Source of the DNA: Basidioascus undulatus
Lineage: Eukaryota
Reading direction: 5' to 3'
Assembly: GCA_000826855.1 (NCBI GenBank)
Contig: JTLS01000064.1
Coordinates: 1 to 35,791, forward strand
Length of the DNA: 35,791 nucleotides
In this document: piece after piece, positions 11,888 to 23,893 of the stretch
How the letters are laid out: each line of letters begins with the position of its first letter
Position numbering within the stretch: the first letter of the stretch is position 1
The notes under the pieces: model-generated
Databases searched by the model: none
Told to the model about the DNA's origin: nothing
Seen by the model: only the letters and a program-made list of their open reading frames with translations
Translations under genes and position numbers: made by a program

Positions 11888-13735
11888 ATGCTCAACGTTG
11901 TTCGCCGCTGCTCGAGTGCGGCTGCGACTCTCCTTTCAGTAGGCACCGCAGTCAACGCGTCTGAATCGGACGCGTCCAAGGCGCGTATCGTCCTTCCGCC
12001 CACGATTCACCCCATCCGCGCTCAGATATTCAATATGGTACTTCCAAGCTCATCCACCCCGGCACACAAACGCAAGTCTACAGCTGCGAACGAGTCCGAC
12101 GCCAACGGCAAGAAGGCGAAGCTGTCCTCGGGCGCGGGCGCCTCCGCGGCGGCATCGGCGTCGAGCTCGAGCCACGCAGTCTACCAGTACGTCCGAAACA
12201 GTTATGGGCTGGGAGCTGTACGATGGTCTGAGTGTAGTATTCGCAGAGGGTGCAAGGACTCGCGGAACGGCACCGTCCCCTCTCCCATCTTGCTGCCGTC
12301 CCCGACGCTGGGCTGCGTCAAGCTCGCGGCATGGAACATCGTTTCATATGCGTCGTCGATGAAGAAGGTTAGTTGAATTTACCGTCCATCCCTTCTCTAA
12401 AACTCGGAGCTCATGTGCTTACGTTGACAGGGACTCGAGAAGTATATCAAGGCGGAGAACGCGGACCTGGTCGGTCGTCGTCTGAGCTTCGGGGCGCGGT
12501 GGCCAGCACGAATGAGGTTCATTTACTCCGTGGGCGGAGCAGATAATCCTCTGCGAGACCAAGACCTCTTCCACTCCTGCCAACATGATCCTCCGCTCGC
12601 TGTACCCGCACCAAGCGTGGTCGCACTCCGAAACGAAGGGATACGGTGGGCCCCATCTATTCCTTCACCCCTTCGGACCTTGTTGAAGTTGGGATTGTCA
12701 GCGGGGACGGCAATCCTCTCGAAGTACAAGCCGCTCTCAAAGTCGCTCGTACTTCCGACACACCCCGATCCGGCGAGCACGAAGGGCCGGATCGTCACGC
12801 TCGAGTTCGAGAATTGCTGGGTCGTTGGGACGTATGTTCCGAACTCCGGCTTGGGAGTGCGTTTTGGACCTTCTTTATCTCGTTTCACCGATTCTTATCT
12901 GCCTTTTGAATTGCAGAAAGAGGTCTTGAGGGCGGCGTGGGATCGTGCGTTCGTGAAGTACGTCCGGCAGCTCGAGAAGTCCAAGCCTGTAGTACGCTTC
13001 CTCTGTCCCCGCACCAGCATTTAGCAGCTGAACAATGCCTCTACAGATTTGGGGTGGAGACATGAAGTACGCATAACCCGCACTGCTGCATATGACGCGT
13101 GCTGACGACTTGCTTGCCCACTACACAGCGTGGTTGCAAGCAAGAAGGGCGAGTCGCCAGGACGTTCATCCCGTCGTCCTGTAGTCATGCTATTAAATTT
13201 CTACTCCGCAGACATCCACCCGAAGGATTGCGCATGGGGAAAGGACCCAGGAAGCACCGACGCCGAGCGCGCCGCGTTCGACGCCATCCTCAACCCGCCT
13301 CCCGACTCGGGCGAGAGCCGATACGTCGACTCATGGCGGCACATTCCGAAGTACGCAGATGTCGACGGTAAGCCGGTACTCTTGTAAAGGCGCGCCTCGC
13401 TGGCTCTTGCCGACGCTGTGCGTATGCAGGGCACTACACCTACTTCAGCATGCGCATCAGCGGGCGCGGCAGCGGGGTCGGCTGGAGACTGGACGCGTTC
13501 GTGATCGCAGAGGCGCTGCTTCCGCGTCTGGCGAGTGAGTCGGACCACTTTGTTTTCTGACTGATGGCGTGTCGGCTGACGTGGTGGTTGTTCTTTGCCA
13601 GCTTCGGAGATTCGCTACGAGATCTACGGAGCGAGTGACCACGTCCCAGGTCAGCTTACGTGATCGACGGAAGAGAATCCTGCCTCAGCTGATGACCGAT
13701 TTACAGTGGTACTTGAGCTTACGGGGAGCCTGTGA
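11888..13735 (+). CDS. AP endonuclease of the exonuclease III / APE1 (EEP) family
   Basis: The spliced product keeps the ordered motifs AWNI, LCETK, KGYAGTAILSK, GRIVTLEF, YVPNSG, WGGDMN, YTYF, GWRLD and GASDHVP, and all joins are phase-compatible. Stop TGA at 13733-13735. Start is ATG 11888 or 12035. There is no Apn2-type C-terminal extension. Confidence 0.93.
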
Positions 13736-14553
13736 GCTGGGCTTTGTCCGCCGAGCTGCCTGGTCCCTCTGTTCTCGGCCTCTCTCTCTTCCCCCTTCTT
13801 CATTGGCTCGCTCGCTTGGAGCCTCGCATCTACACGCATGTCATTCGCTCGATCATATGATACCCGGTTACCTTTCTTTCGCCAGCATGCCGTGTGAGAG
13901 ACACAGCCAAATTCGGAGGCAGGGTCGCAAGGGATGCAACGCAAACTGGCGGCCCTGTAGTCCATCAAAGCCGCGATTCTGTGTCCCTTGAAAAGAACCG
14001 GTCTGCTATAAAGTCATGGCAATGTCTTCATGTATCGACAGTCGTTCACCGATGTACGTGCACGCAGCCCAAACAGCGGATGCAGCTGAGGGTGTTCCGT
14101 GGTGGTTTCTTTTCGCTTTCGAGACACAACAGCTTGTCAGGCTGGGGAACACTTGGGCAACACGATGAAGTTTGGACAGCGATCGCTCTTGGTGAACAGG
14201 GCAAACAGAGATCAGTCATTCTAATGTCGCCGGTTGCCCACCGGGTGTGCCCGCCGCCCCCGTTGCCGTCCTTGCGGTGCAGTGGTGGCTTCCCGTTTGA
14301 ATGATAATGGCGCACTCTCACAGATGCTGAAGAAGAATCCTTTAAAATTTTTAGGGTGGTAAAGTCAGTATCCAGCACTCTGTGATCAATGGGCGCGTAC
14401 ATTCGTCCACCAGTGCAAGTGCCTCCGGCTGGACATTCAGAATGAGACCTCCTCTCGACTAACGCCAACATCACATCAACGTATATAAAGCGATTCAACT
14501 GTTACACTTTCTCCCCCAACCATCAACAACACCACAACCACGTTAGTTATTCG

Positions 14554-15289
14554 ATGTAGCTGTGCGGTACTACTCGCCTCTATTCCAGCTATGTGAGTCT
14601 CTTCCGGTCTTCGCAGCTCTCCACAATCCCGTGCGTTGACCAGACAAGAAGCAGAGCCCGACAGGGGGCATTCCTCAACTTGTCTCAAGGACGTCGTCTT
14701 CGTACCCCTACCGAGTTGGCTCCTCTTGCTTTCCTTCCCGCTCCTCTACCTCCTCCCGGCACCTCCGGCTTCGCCGTCGCCCGCGAAGCGCACCAAGCTG
14801 CACCTGAGTCTCTCAATTCTACACCCTCCTCGTCGTCGCAACGCTCCTCATGAGCATTCTCGAGATTTTTTGGCTCGCGCTCGCCGACCGCGGCATCGGG
14901 CTGCTCCCCCTTCATTTTTGTCGAGCTGCTCGTCGCCCTCGCGCTGCGGCACGGCGTCAGTGTGCCGAGGTGGAGGGCGGGATGGGCCCTGCTGGGGTTC
15001 TGGATCGTGTCGGCTATGATGGAGCCGGTCAAGGTTGGTACCCTATTCAAGCTGTACAGGAGGGAGAAGAGGACCGATACAAAGTATCCCGCTTCGGATC
15101 AGGTAGGTCCACTCGAATGCAGCTGTCTTGTGGTGTTGTCGCTGACTCTCTCCACTGAACATGCAGATCATCGACTTGGCGGTCATACTAGCTCTATACG
15201 TTCTCTTCATTTTATTCGAGCTTCTTTACCTCCGTTATCTCCACAAGGTCGATCTTCCGTGTCCTCCGACGATGTGCCAGAAGAGCTGA
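14554..15289 (+). pseudogene. Decayed small multi-pass membrane protein gene
   Basis: ATG 14554 is immediately followed by TAG. Hydrophobic segments CLKDVVFVPLPSWLLLL / YTLLVVATLLMSILEIFWLALADRGIGLLP / FIFVELLVALAL...WALLGFWIV...KYPASDQ|IIDLAVILALYVLFILFEL require frame changes, with breaks near 14818 and 14910. An intact intron starts GTAGGT at ~15103. Confidence 0.7.
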
Positions 15290-17261
15290 CAGCGCTACAT
15301 TACGTTGGGCAATAACAGACACCCACCGTGATCCCGCCGAACAATGCTGAAGTAGTCACAGCGGAGTCAAAGGATTAGCCTCTTCATAAATTTTCCTGTG
15401 ATTTTGTGGCTTTGGGCATCTAATATGGGATACTTGTACAAGCGGACAGTGTGCTCGTGCAGGCTGCGCCCTGGGGTGCCCACACTGCGATCGAAACTGT
15501 AGACTCGATTGAAGTCACCGGAGGCCATTAGAAGAAAAAACATGCTGCTTGAGCTACAATGGAAGCCGCCGGCGGGATGAATTTAACGGCCTGCCGCTGT
15601 TGCTGGCTGCAACGCGGGGCATACTGCCCAGCACGCGCTCCAAGTGACGAGTTTCACCAAAAAGGGGCAAACATATCTCATTAATGCACAGCTCCGAGAG
15701 TCGAGCAAGTACATCCTTTGTTTCGGATCCGTCCCCTCATGCCACAAGTTGCACAGGAGACAGCCAGCGAAGGCAAACGGGGCCCGCCGCGGTCACACAA
15801 GATTGGTCCAGCCCAAGCATTTTATGAGTAATATGCCTTCTCCCAAAAATAAGGAAGAGACCACATAAAGTGGACGGACCTCAATTTACTTGAGGGACTG
15901 CTTCGGTACTCGAGCAATCGTCGGTTGAAGACGGCTGTGGGCCCGAACGGGGCTTTTTTGTGCCTTGTTGAAGCAAAATGCTAAATGCTGCCAGTCTCCC
16001 AGCCATTTTACTTTCACAGAAAGCATCTGCAGCGTCATTCTTCTCGCGTAGACTGTGCAAAGCATGGGAGGCGAGCAATGTCCAATATTTGGGCGTGCCT
16101 GATGAAAGACAATGCGTCGTATGGAAAGGGCCGCCACTGCCTGTAAATAAAATTTAAATGGCCTTGTGAATTCCACATTTATTTACAAAGAAGCCGGCAT
16201 GGAAAGCAGCTGCATTGTTCTGAGGTGAAAAATGGAATACGTGAAAACGCCGTGAGAGAAGCTGATTATGCGTGACACGCAAGAACGCAAGATACGACAG
16301 CTATGCCGGAAAAACACCGCGCACCTTCATCTCCTCGAGCACTGCTTACAGCTTGTTTGAACACTGCAGCACTTATGCGCTGCGATCACGGTATGCCATG
16401 GTCATGGTAAAAAGTTACACTGACCACGAGCGCTCTGCCGTTCACCGTCTTCCTCACGCTCCCTCTCTCTCGATCGCAACGTTGCTCATATCATGGAGCC
16501 CTCGAGATTTGGTATCATCATAACGTACCGATATTATCCCCACTCGCCATACATATGGAGAGTAGAGTAACGCCGTTCCGGTGGTTCCCTATTTCTCTGG
16601 TGCGTAGCACTTCTGCTGCCCTTACTGAGCGATTCGTCCTGGTTCATGCATCGCCTTCACTCCGCAGTTTCATGTATACAATGCAAGTTACAAAGAGATA
16701 ATTCTTCAAGCTGTGAGGGCCCAAGCCGCGTCGCTGCCCTGAGGCGGGCGCAGAGCGACGGGCGACCAAACAAACGACCGTCAGGAGTTTGACGGAACGC
16801 CCAACAGCTGATCCGTCGCGTCGAGGCGCCCTCGTTCTTTATCCTCTCCCCACGATCATCTCGTACACCGCGCCCCCCCCAGAATACAAAATCTCTGCAT
16901 ACCTCCAGCGCAACCCCACTACATCTTGATATCGCAGCTTGGGCGCCCGTACTCTCCTCGGTGAGTAGGCGCCCTGCTTCTCGCCAGGTTGGTGGACGCA
17001 TCATCCGCACTAGATCCCTTGCTTCGACCTGGCTTTACATTTGAAGAATCTCGGAGAACCTCCTTGTCGACGCTCAGCCGGTTGTATTCGGACGGGGCTA
17101 TCCCCTGATCTCTTCCAGTGGCGCTGACGACCGTCTTCCATCTTTACAGCGCCGCGGCTGCAATCGCCCTTCTCCGCTATCTAACCGCACCCTATACCTT
17201 CACCCACCTACCACCACCACCTCTACACGTATTCTTTCTCCCCACCTGCGCCGCTCTCAGC

Positions 17262-20200
17262 ATGGCTCCATCTTCGTCTCTAAGCAAGCTCCTCGAGCCC
17301 GTCTCCTCGTACCCGCTCTCGAAAGAGAACAAGTCCTCCCTCACCCCGACGCTCAAGGCGCTGGCGCAGCTGCTGCCCAAGCTCGAGCGCGCCGAACCCC
17401 CCGTCGCGGTCGCGCGCGAGATCGGCGAGCTCTTCAGCAAGAACGCCACCGACCTGTACATCCATGTCGGACTCGCCGCGCTCGCGCTCGCGGAGGGAGT
17501 CCTGCGCCGGCTCTGGGATCTGGCAAGAGCTGAGCCGAGCTTCACGTCTTCGTCCGACGACAGCGAGGACGGGGCGTCGTCGGAAGGCCTCCCGCCCGGA
17601 GGCGAGTGGGAGAGTGCGGTCACGATGGGAGTTCTTACCAGCTTCGAGGTGCGTCTTCGTTTCCATGAGGCAAAGCGAGCTCACGCTGACAGGGAACGGA
17701 CGGTCCGCAGGACTACCTCAACGACAACGAGCACAAGCCAGATTTGTCACTTTTCGCCGGCCGGCTCTACGCGATACTGGTCTCCATTCTCCGCTTCGTG
17801 CCGTCGGACGACGCCGAGGAGTACAAGCTCTCGCCCTTAGGCCGCGCGAAGGTCAGCTCTTTGTGCACTGTTGAACACGATGAGACCGAATTGACATTAT
17901 ATACCTTTCAGATCGCTATCATCCTGAATCAGACCCTCGCCGGAAGCCCCGCAAACAAGCTGCTCCTTCGCTCCGACGGCTTCCTTCCCGAGTGCGTGTG
18001 CCGTGCTCCTCCCACTTCGGCCCGATACGCGCTGAATTCTCCCGCCTTTCGTCAGTACTGTGCTTGGTGACCTGATCGGCAGCGCGGATGGTGCCCCGAC
18101 TGTAACGAACAGCGTGAGGAACCAGTGACTGACGATGCTGCGCAGACCCCGACCTCCTCATCGCCCTGCTCGAGATCGCCCTCCGCACGATGAAGCCCCC
18201 CCGCAAGAATGCCTCCGAAGACGAGGCCCGTCGCGACCGCGCAGAGCGTCGCGCGGCGTGCGAGACCATATTCCGCGCTGCGGATGCACCCCATCTCGCC
18301 AACGCTTTCTTGGACGTCACAGTCACGTCGTGGGCGGAGGTACGTCGGTCTGTGTCTATTGTTGGCTTTGCATCGGAATTGACTCACGTCTCCCATCAGG
18401 ACATGGACAACATCCTCGGCGGGATCGCTAAGATTGACCTCTCGCGCATCCAGCTCTTCCACGCGCTCAAGGTCGTCGCCGGAAGTATCGATCTTCACGA
18501 GACGTACGGCATGGACAAAGACACCCCGCTGCGCGTCTTCTTCACTCCTCAATCCATCGTGATCCATACGGCGGAGGTGAGGCTTTATCGAGCCTGTCGC
18601 TCACGGAACGCGGAAACTGACTTTCATCTCGCCGCAGGAACAAGATCGGCTCGAAGTTCCGCTCAACCGTCGCGAGGTCGGGCAGATTTCAATGCGCCAC
18701 GGAGACACTTCCGGTGCGTACGCTATTCATGTCGCAGAACACCATCCTTGAGCGCTCATCCTCTACCCCCTTCCGTCAGACATGTTCGTCTTGAAGATGC
18801 TTCTAAAGCAGTCCCCTCTTCGTTACGGCGAGCGCCACCCCGACGTCCCTGCCGGCAGTACCGTTCGCATCGTACTTCCGCACACGGAGAAGACGCGCTT
18901 GAAGGACCTCCTCTTCTTCCTCGGCTGGATGAATCCCACGCGGTCCCGCGCGGTCCCGCAAGAGGGGCCCAAGGCTGCGAGACCGCCGAGCGTCGTTCGT
19001 GGCATCGAGGTCCTTAGCTCCGCCCCTGTCTGCCCAGACTTTGTGCGGATCTCACCCGACTGTCCTGCTCTCAACAGGTCCAGGTCCCCACCCCGCCCGG
19101 CGCCCGCATGCAATTCCAGTCGCAGCTCTCGCAGCCGCTAGCCAGCTCTCAGCCCGTCTTCGAACCGCCCCGCTCGGGAAAGTCCACTCCAGCGCGCCCA
19201 GCGCGGGCCGAGGGCCCGGGAACGAGCAGAAAGCGTCGCGAGAAGGAAGTCGAGAACAGTGCGTCTTCTTCTTTCGCCCTCTCTATCTGCAAGTGCTTCG
19301 GACTACAAATGACATGTGCATTACTTGCCTCAGTCTACAATACCGACGGTCGGTCCGAGCCGCCCGACGCCGAGGACTTCGACAACGGCGGCAGGCGCGA
19401 CGACGCGGTCAAGCTCGGGTACGCGTCGCGCCTGACCGTGCCTTCGCCCGGGCACACCGCTTGCCCATCACCGAAGGCGAGAGCGCCGTCGAGTCCGAAG
19501 GGCGTCACGCACTGGCAGCCTCCCGTCCGGGCGCCTCCTCTCGCTCGCCAGTCCTCGGCCGTCCGCGCTGTCCTCGGCGGCTCGGAGGACGATTCGGCTC
19601 TGTCCTCACCGCCTCCGGGGCCCGCGCAGCAAACCACGAGCGGCCAAGAGCCCGTCGAGCAGCCCAGCGCGGCGAGGCCGACCCGAGCGAGCGCGAAGAA
19701 GCGCAAGTCGTCCGACGCGGTCGAGCCCGCCGACCAAGTTGAAGCCGACGCCGCGGCGTCCGCCAGCAAGAAGAGGAAGATCTCCAAGCCGTCATCGCCT
19801 CCGCAGGACGCCGTCGAGCCCAAGAAGACGCCCGCGCGCAACAAGCAGCGCTACGGCAAATCTGCCGCCAGGCTTTCCGCGCGTCGCGGTCGGGCGGGCA
19901 AGGGGACCTCCGAGGCCGGGACCGAGGACAAGAACGACCAAGTCGACTTTGACGCGATCCCGGGCGCGTCTGCAGCCGACCAGGTCAGGGCCTCCTCGCG
20001 CTCCTCGACGGGCAAGAAGCGCACGGCGGCGATGCAGTCTAGGAAGAACGCCAAGTCCGCGTCGGCCCCGTCCGACGACGAGTTCGACGTGCTCCCTCAA
20101 CCGGCCATGTCGGCCGCGTCGACGGACGGCAAGGACAAGGGCAAGGGTGCGGCTCAGTCCAAGCCGCCGCCGAGCAAGAAGAGCAAGACGAAGAAGGACG

Positions 20201-23116
20201 ACGCGTCGCCGTCCGCAACCCCTCTCGCTAAACGCGCGACTCGCGCGTCCAAGAAGGCCGAGTTGGCGTCGATGAACGCCGAGTCCTCCGCGCCCGTGGG
20301 CGACGAGCCACCGCTGAATCGAAAACTTCGCAGCACGAAGCAAGACACGCTCGGACCGGCGGACACGGATGAGCGCGAGACCTTCCTGCCCCCCCCGCCC
20401 CCTGTCCGCAAGACGCCCGTCAAGCAGAAGGACGAGAAGGCAGGGGCCGGCTCAGCAAGTCGGGCGATGCTCGCGGGCGAGCTCGAAGCCGAGGCGCTGC
20501 CGCGCGGGAGTCGCTCGGGCGACGAGGAGGGCAAGCAGGGCAAGCAACTGCTCATGGACGATGACAACAATCACCTTTCGGCCCTTTCCGTCGCTTCTTC
20601 GCCGTCGCCGTCGCCCTCCTCGCGCCCGCCGTTCATCTTCGGCCAAGTTCCGGCCGTCGTCGTCCAGCCTCCGACGCAGGAGGCTTCCCGAGCATCTCTC
20701 GGTTCTCGCACATCGCGCTCGGCCGAACGTTGGCAGACGGAGGACATCGCCGGGCGTCGGACCGAGGGCAGCGGTGGACAGGGACAACGGCGGGAAGGTC
20801 TGAAGGTGAGCGGGACGATCTTTTTCACCACTCTGGCGGACTGCTGATGAGGTACCGTGCTCCTCTTTCTCTCGCAGACCACTGAGCCTCGTCCGGCACC
20901 GCAGCCAGCGGCCTCAACCTCGAAGCGTCGCGCGACCGCCGAGACGCCTGCTCCGAAGCCTTCGGTTGCTCCTGCCGAGACCAAAAGCGCGACAAAGACG
21001 TTCCGCCTGCCGTGGCTGGCGAAGGACTACGCGCAACCGCAAGAGCCAGTCGACGCAGAGATGTCCGAGCCCGCAGCCGCCGTGCTCGAGGTCGAGCAGT
21101 ACGAGAACCCCTTCGACGCGGAGACATACGAGGCGGACGTGCCGGACAGTCTTCCCCTCGTGCGTGTGCGTCGCCAGGTCTTCCTCGGTCGTTATCGCCC
21201 AGCCGCTGACACGTCTGTGCAGGCCGACAAGCAGGTCCACAACCCGATCCACACAGGGACCCCGTCTATCAAGGTTCGTAGCACCGGTGCACGCACAGCT
21301 TTCCCTTCCGCTTTAACTGGAAGCGCGCCGACAGAGGCGTGAGACGTCCAAGAAGTCTGCCGATGCGGACGACGCTTCGCCGCCCGTCGCTCCAGCCCCC
21401 ATCCCGCCCACGCACCAGACCCCGACAGTGCCGCCGCTCTCGCACTCGACCTCCAAGGCGCCCAAGCCGTCCAAGGCTCGCTCGCCGGCACCTGAGAAGC
21501 CGATGGTGTCCTCGGAGAAGGACAAGGTCGGTCGGTCGCTTGATTCCGCTGTGCGATCCTAAGCTGACCACCGGCGGATAAGCAGTCTCGCGCCGACGTT
21601 CCGGCTCCTGCGATGGTCCCGCTATCGAAGCTTGCCACGCCTTCGCTCGTCGGGCAACGTCTGCCGTATGGAACGGCGAGCGGGGGCTCGGCACGCCACG
21701 AGAAACCCGCTGCTCCCTCGCGCGAGCCTGACGCCGACGCAGACATGGATTTGGGCTTTGAGGGAGGCGCGGACGGGAAGGTGCGTCGCTGTGTAGTGGG
21801 CTGAAACGCATGGGGCCTGACGTGTAGTTTTTCGACAGTTCGCTGTCGAGGGTGCGCCTCTCGCGGGTCACCGACCGGCAGACCCCGAAGCGACTCTCGG
21901 TGCGCCGGCCGTTCAAAAGCATCTCAAGACTGGCAAGGGCAGCCCTTCGGGCATCTACGACAAGGTGATGCTCTTCTACAACTGTCAACGTGCGCTGCCT
22001 GCGGACGCTGATGACATGCATCTCGCAGGACGGCAACCTCGCCGCAGCGTACGCGGCGCTCAGCAAGGGATTCACGGCCGAGCAGCTCAGGAAGATCGAG
22101 CAGATGATGAAGGACAACGCCGCCAGCGCGGACGACGTCGACGGCATAGAAAGCTCGGACGAGGACATCCAGAGCTTCAGCGACGACAACTGCGCGCGGA
22201 AGACGTCGCGTCCCGCTCCGCACGAGCACGGCCGCGACGAGGACACGCCCACGCAGCCTTCCTCCGTGGCTCGCTGCCTATTCATCCGCGAGCCCTCGCG
22301 CGACGGCCTGCTGAGCTCTCCGGACGCCCCGGCGCCGATCGCTCGCCCTGCGCCTACGAGTGAGTCCTAAGCGGTTGCCGACGAGGTTAAAGCCGCTGAC
22401 AGTTCATGCCTCAGCCGTGGCGCCTGTCTTCATGAACCCGACCGCGAGGCGGGTCGAGATCGCCGCGGCGAGCGCGAAACACAGCAAGAGCGCCGCCGCG
22501 CCCAAGCTCAAGTCGTCAGAGAGGAGGAAGGGCGGTAAGGCGGGGACGGGGCCGGTTGAGGAGCCGGCGCCCGAGCGCGGGGGGAAAATGCAAGAGGTGC
22601 TCGAGGTACACTCTCCGCCGCTCACTCCGCAGGGACATCATTTGAAGCTGCTGCTCTAGGTCATCGATGCCATCCACTTCGAGATCAGGAGCAGGATCGA
22701 GGGCACGCCCGACGGCATCCTCGACGATGCCCGCAGCGCAGCGCGTGCGCTCATGCGCGAGGCGGCGGACGTAATGCAGGACTGCGTCGAGGACACGTGC
22801 GTTCTTCGTCATTCTGGGACCAGGAGATGACCCGTCCTGAGCCCAGACCCACAGAGCGTCCGTCGTAGCTCACATTCGGACGCATGCGGAGAAGATCAAC
22901 GCGCACTTCGGCGTTTCGCAGAAGGCATTTGCGAAGCTGCAGAAGCACGACGAGGCAAGTCACGATCAATCCTCGCCTGTCTCACGCTGCGATGCTGAAT
23001 CACTACGTCGTTTCCTCCTCCAGAAAACGGCTCGCGCAATCAAGCAAGGCCGGGGCATATCCGAGGGGATGCGTCACGTACCAAGGGAGTTCTTGGTCAA
23101 GCTGTCGGGGGAGTGA
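17262..23116 (+). CDS. Large (~1,550 aa) protein; candidate SYCP2/Rec10/Red1-like meiotic chromosome axis core protein
   Basis: About 20 exons join in frame from ATG 17262 to TGA 23114-23116. Architecture: helical N-terminal domain, beta-rich domain (to ~18940), very long S/P/K/A-rich disordered region, short amphipathic helical C-terminus. The gene model is well supported; the family assignment comes from remembered motif similarity. Confidence 0.7.
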
Positions 23117-23893
23117 GAGCGCACGGGTGTAGGGACGCTGTATGGAGGTTCGACCGGCCTATGAAGCTGGAGCAGCATGGAACCGTTTGTGCGAGCTACC
23201 CGGCTTGCTTCCTGTCGTAGCCCACCGCCAGTTCATTGATCGTCGCAGGAAGAGCAGAATAGACTTCAACATAATGCTCACTCGATGCAGATCCTCCGGC
23301 TAAACCTGGATTTTCTCTTTTAGAACAGCCCACCAGTCCAACCCAGCAGCCGACAGCCTCGCAGTCGCGCCGCAAGCGCTTGAACTGGTCTTCAGTTTCT
23401 GCCCTGCCCGGAACCATACATGCGGTATGAGCTTTACCGAAGGAATCGAGACTCGGCTCTGCGTATCTTTGCTCTTCTATGAGAGGATTACCTCTGTCAG
23501 TATAACGGCTCGTTGAAGGTGGCGCAGCGTGCCGGCGTGAAACATGTTACGTTCAGTCCATGTCGCGGTTTGAAACTGCCTCGCCACTTGCCACATTCAC
23601 GACTTGCACTCCGCCTTAAGCGCGCCCAAAGTTCGTAAAGTCTACATGGCTTCTGGAGTATTTTTGAAAAGGACAAGGGTCTTTTTATTAATGTAGTCAG
23701 AGTTTGACTGATTTCCCAGCTGGTCTGAATGTGGCTGTGCTCGGTGCAGTCGATGCGTTTTTTGGGAGGTAGCGTCCGCGGAATGGAGCCGGAAGATGGT
23801 GGCCAGACGCTGCTATCTTTCTTGTCCTTCTTCTACCTCCATGTAGACACCTCAGGCCCTTTTCCACCTTCACCCTTTACGCGGTTGCCAGCC

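Noticed and set aside
16098..16190. CTGATGA...GAAA hammerhead-like core and a 10-bp inverted repeat TGTAAATAAA/TTTATTTACA
   Set aside because: No proper stem II or flanking stems, and the AT-rich inverted repeat is short enough to be chance.
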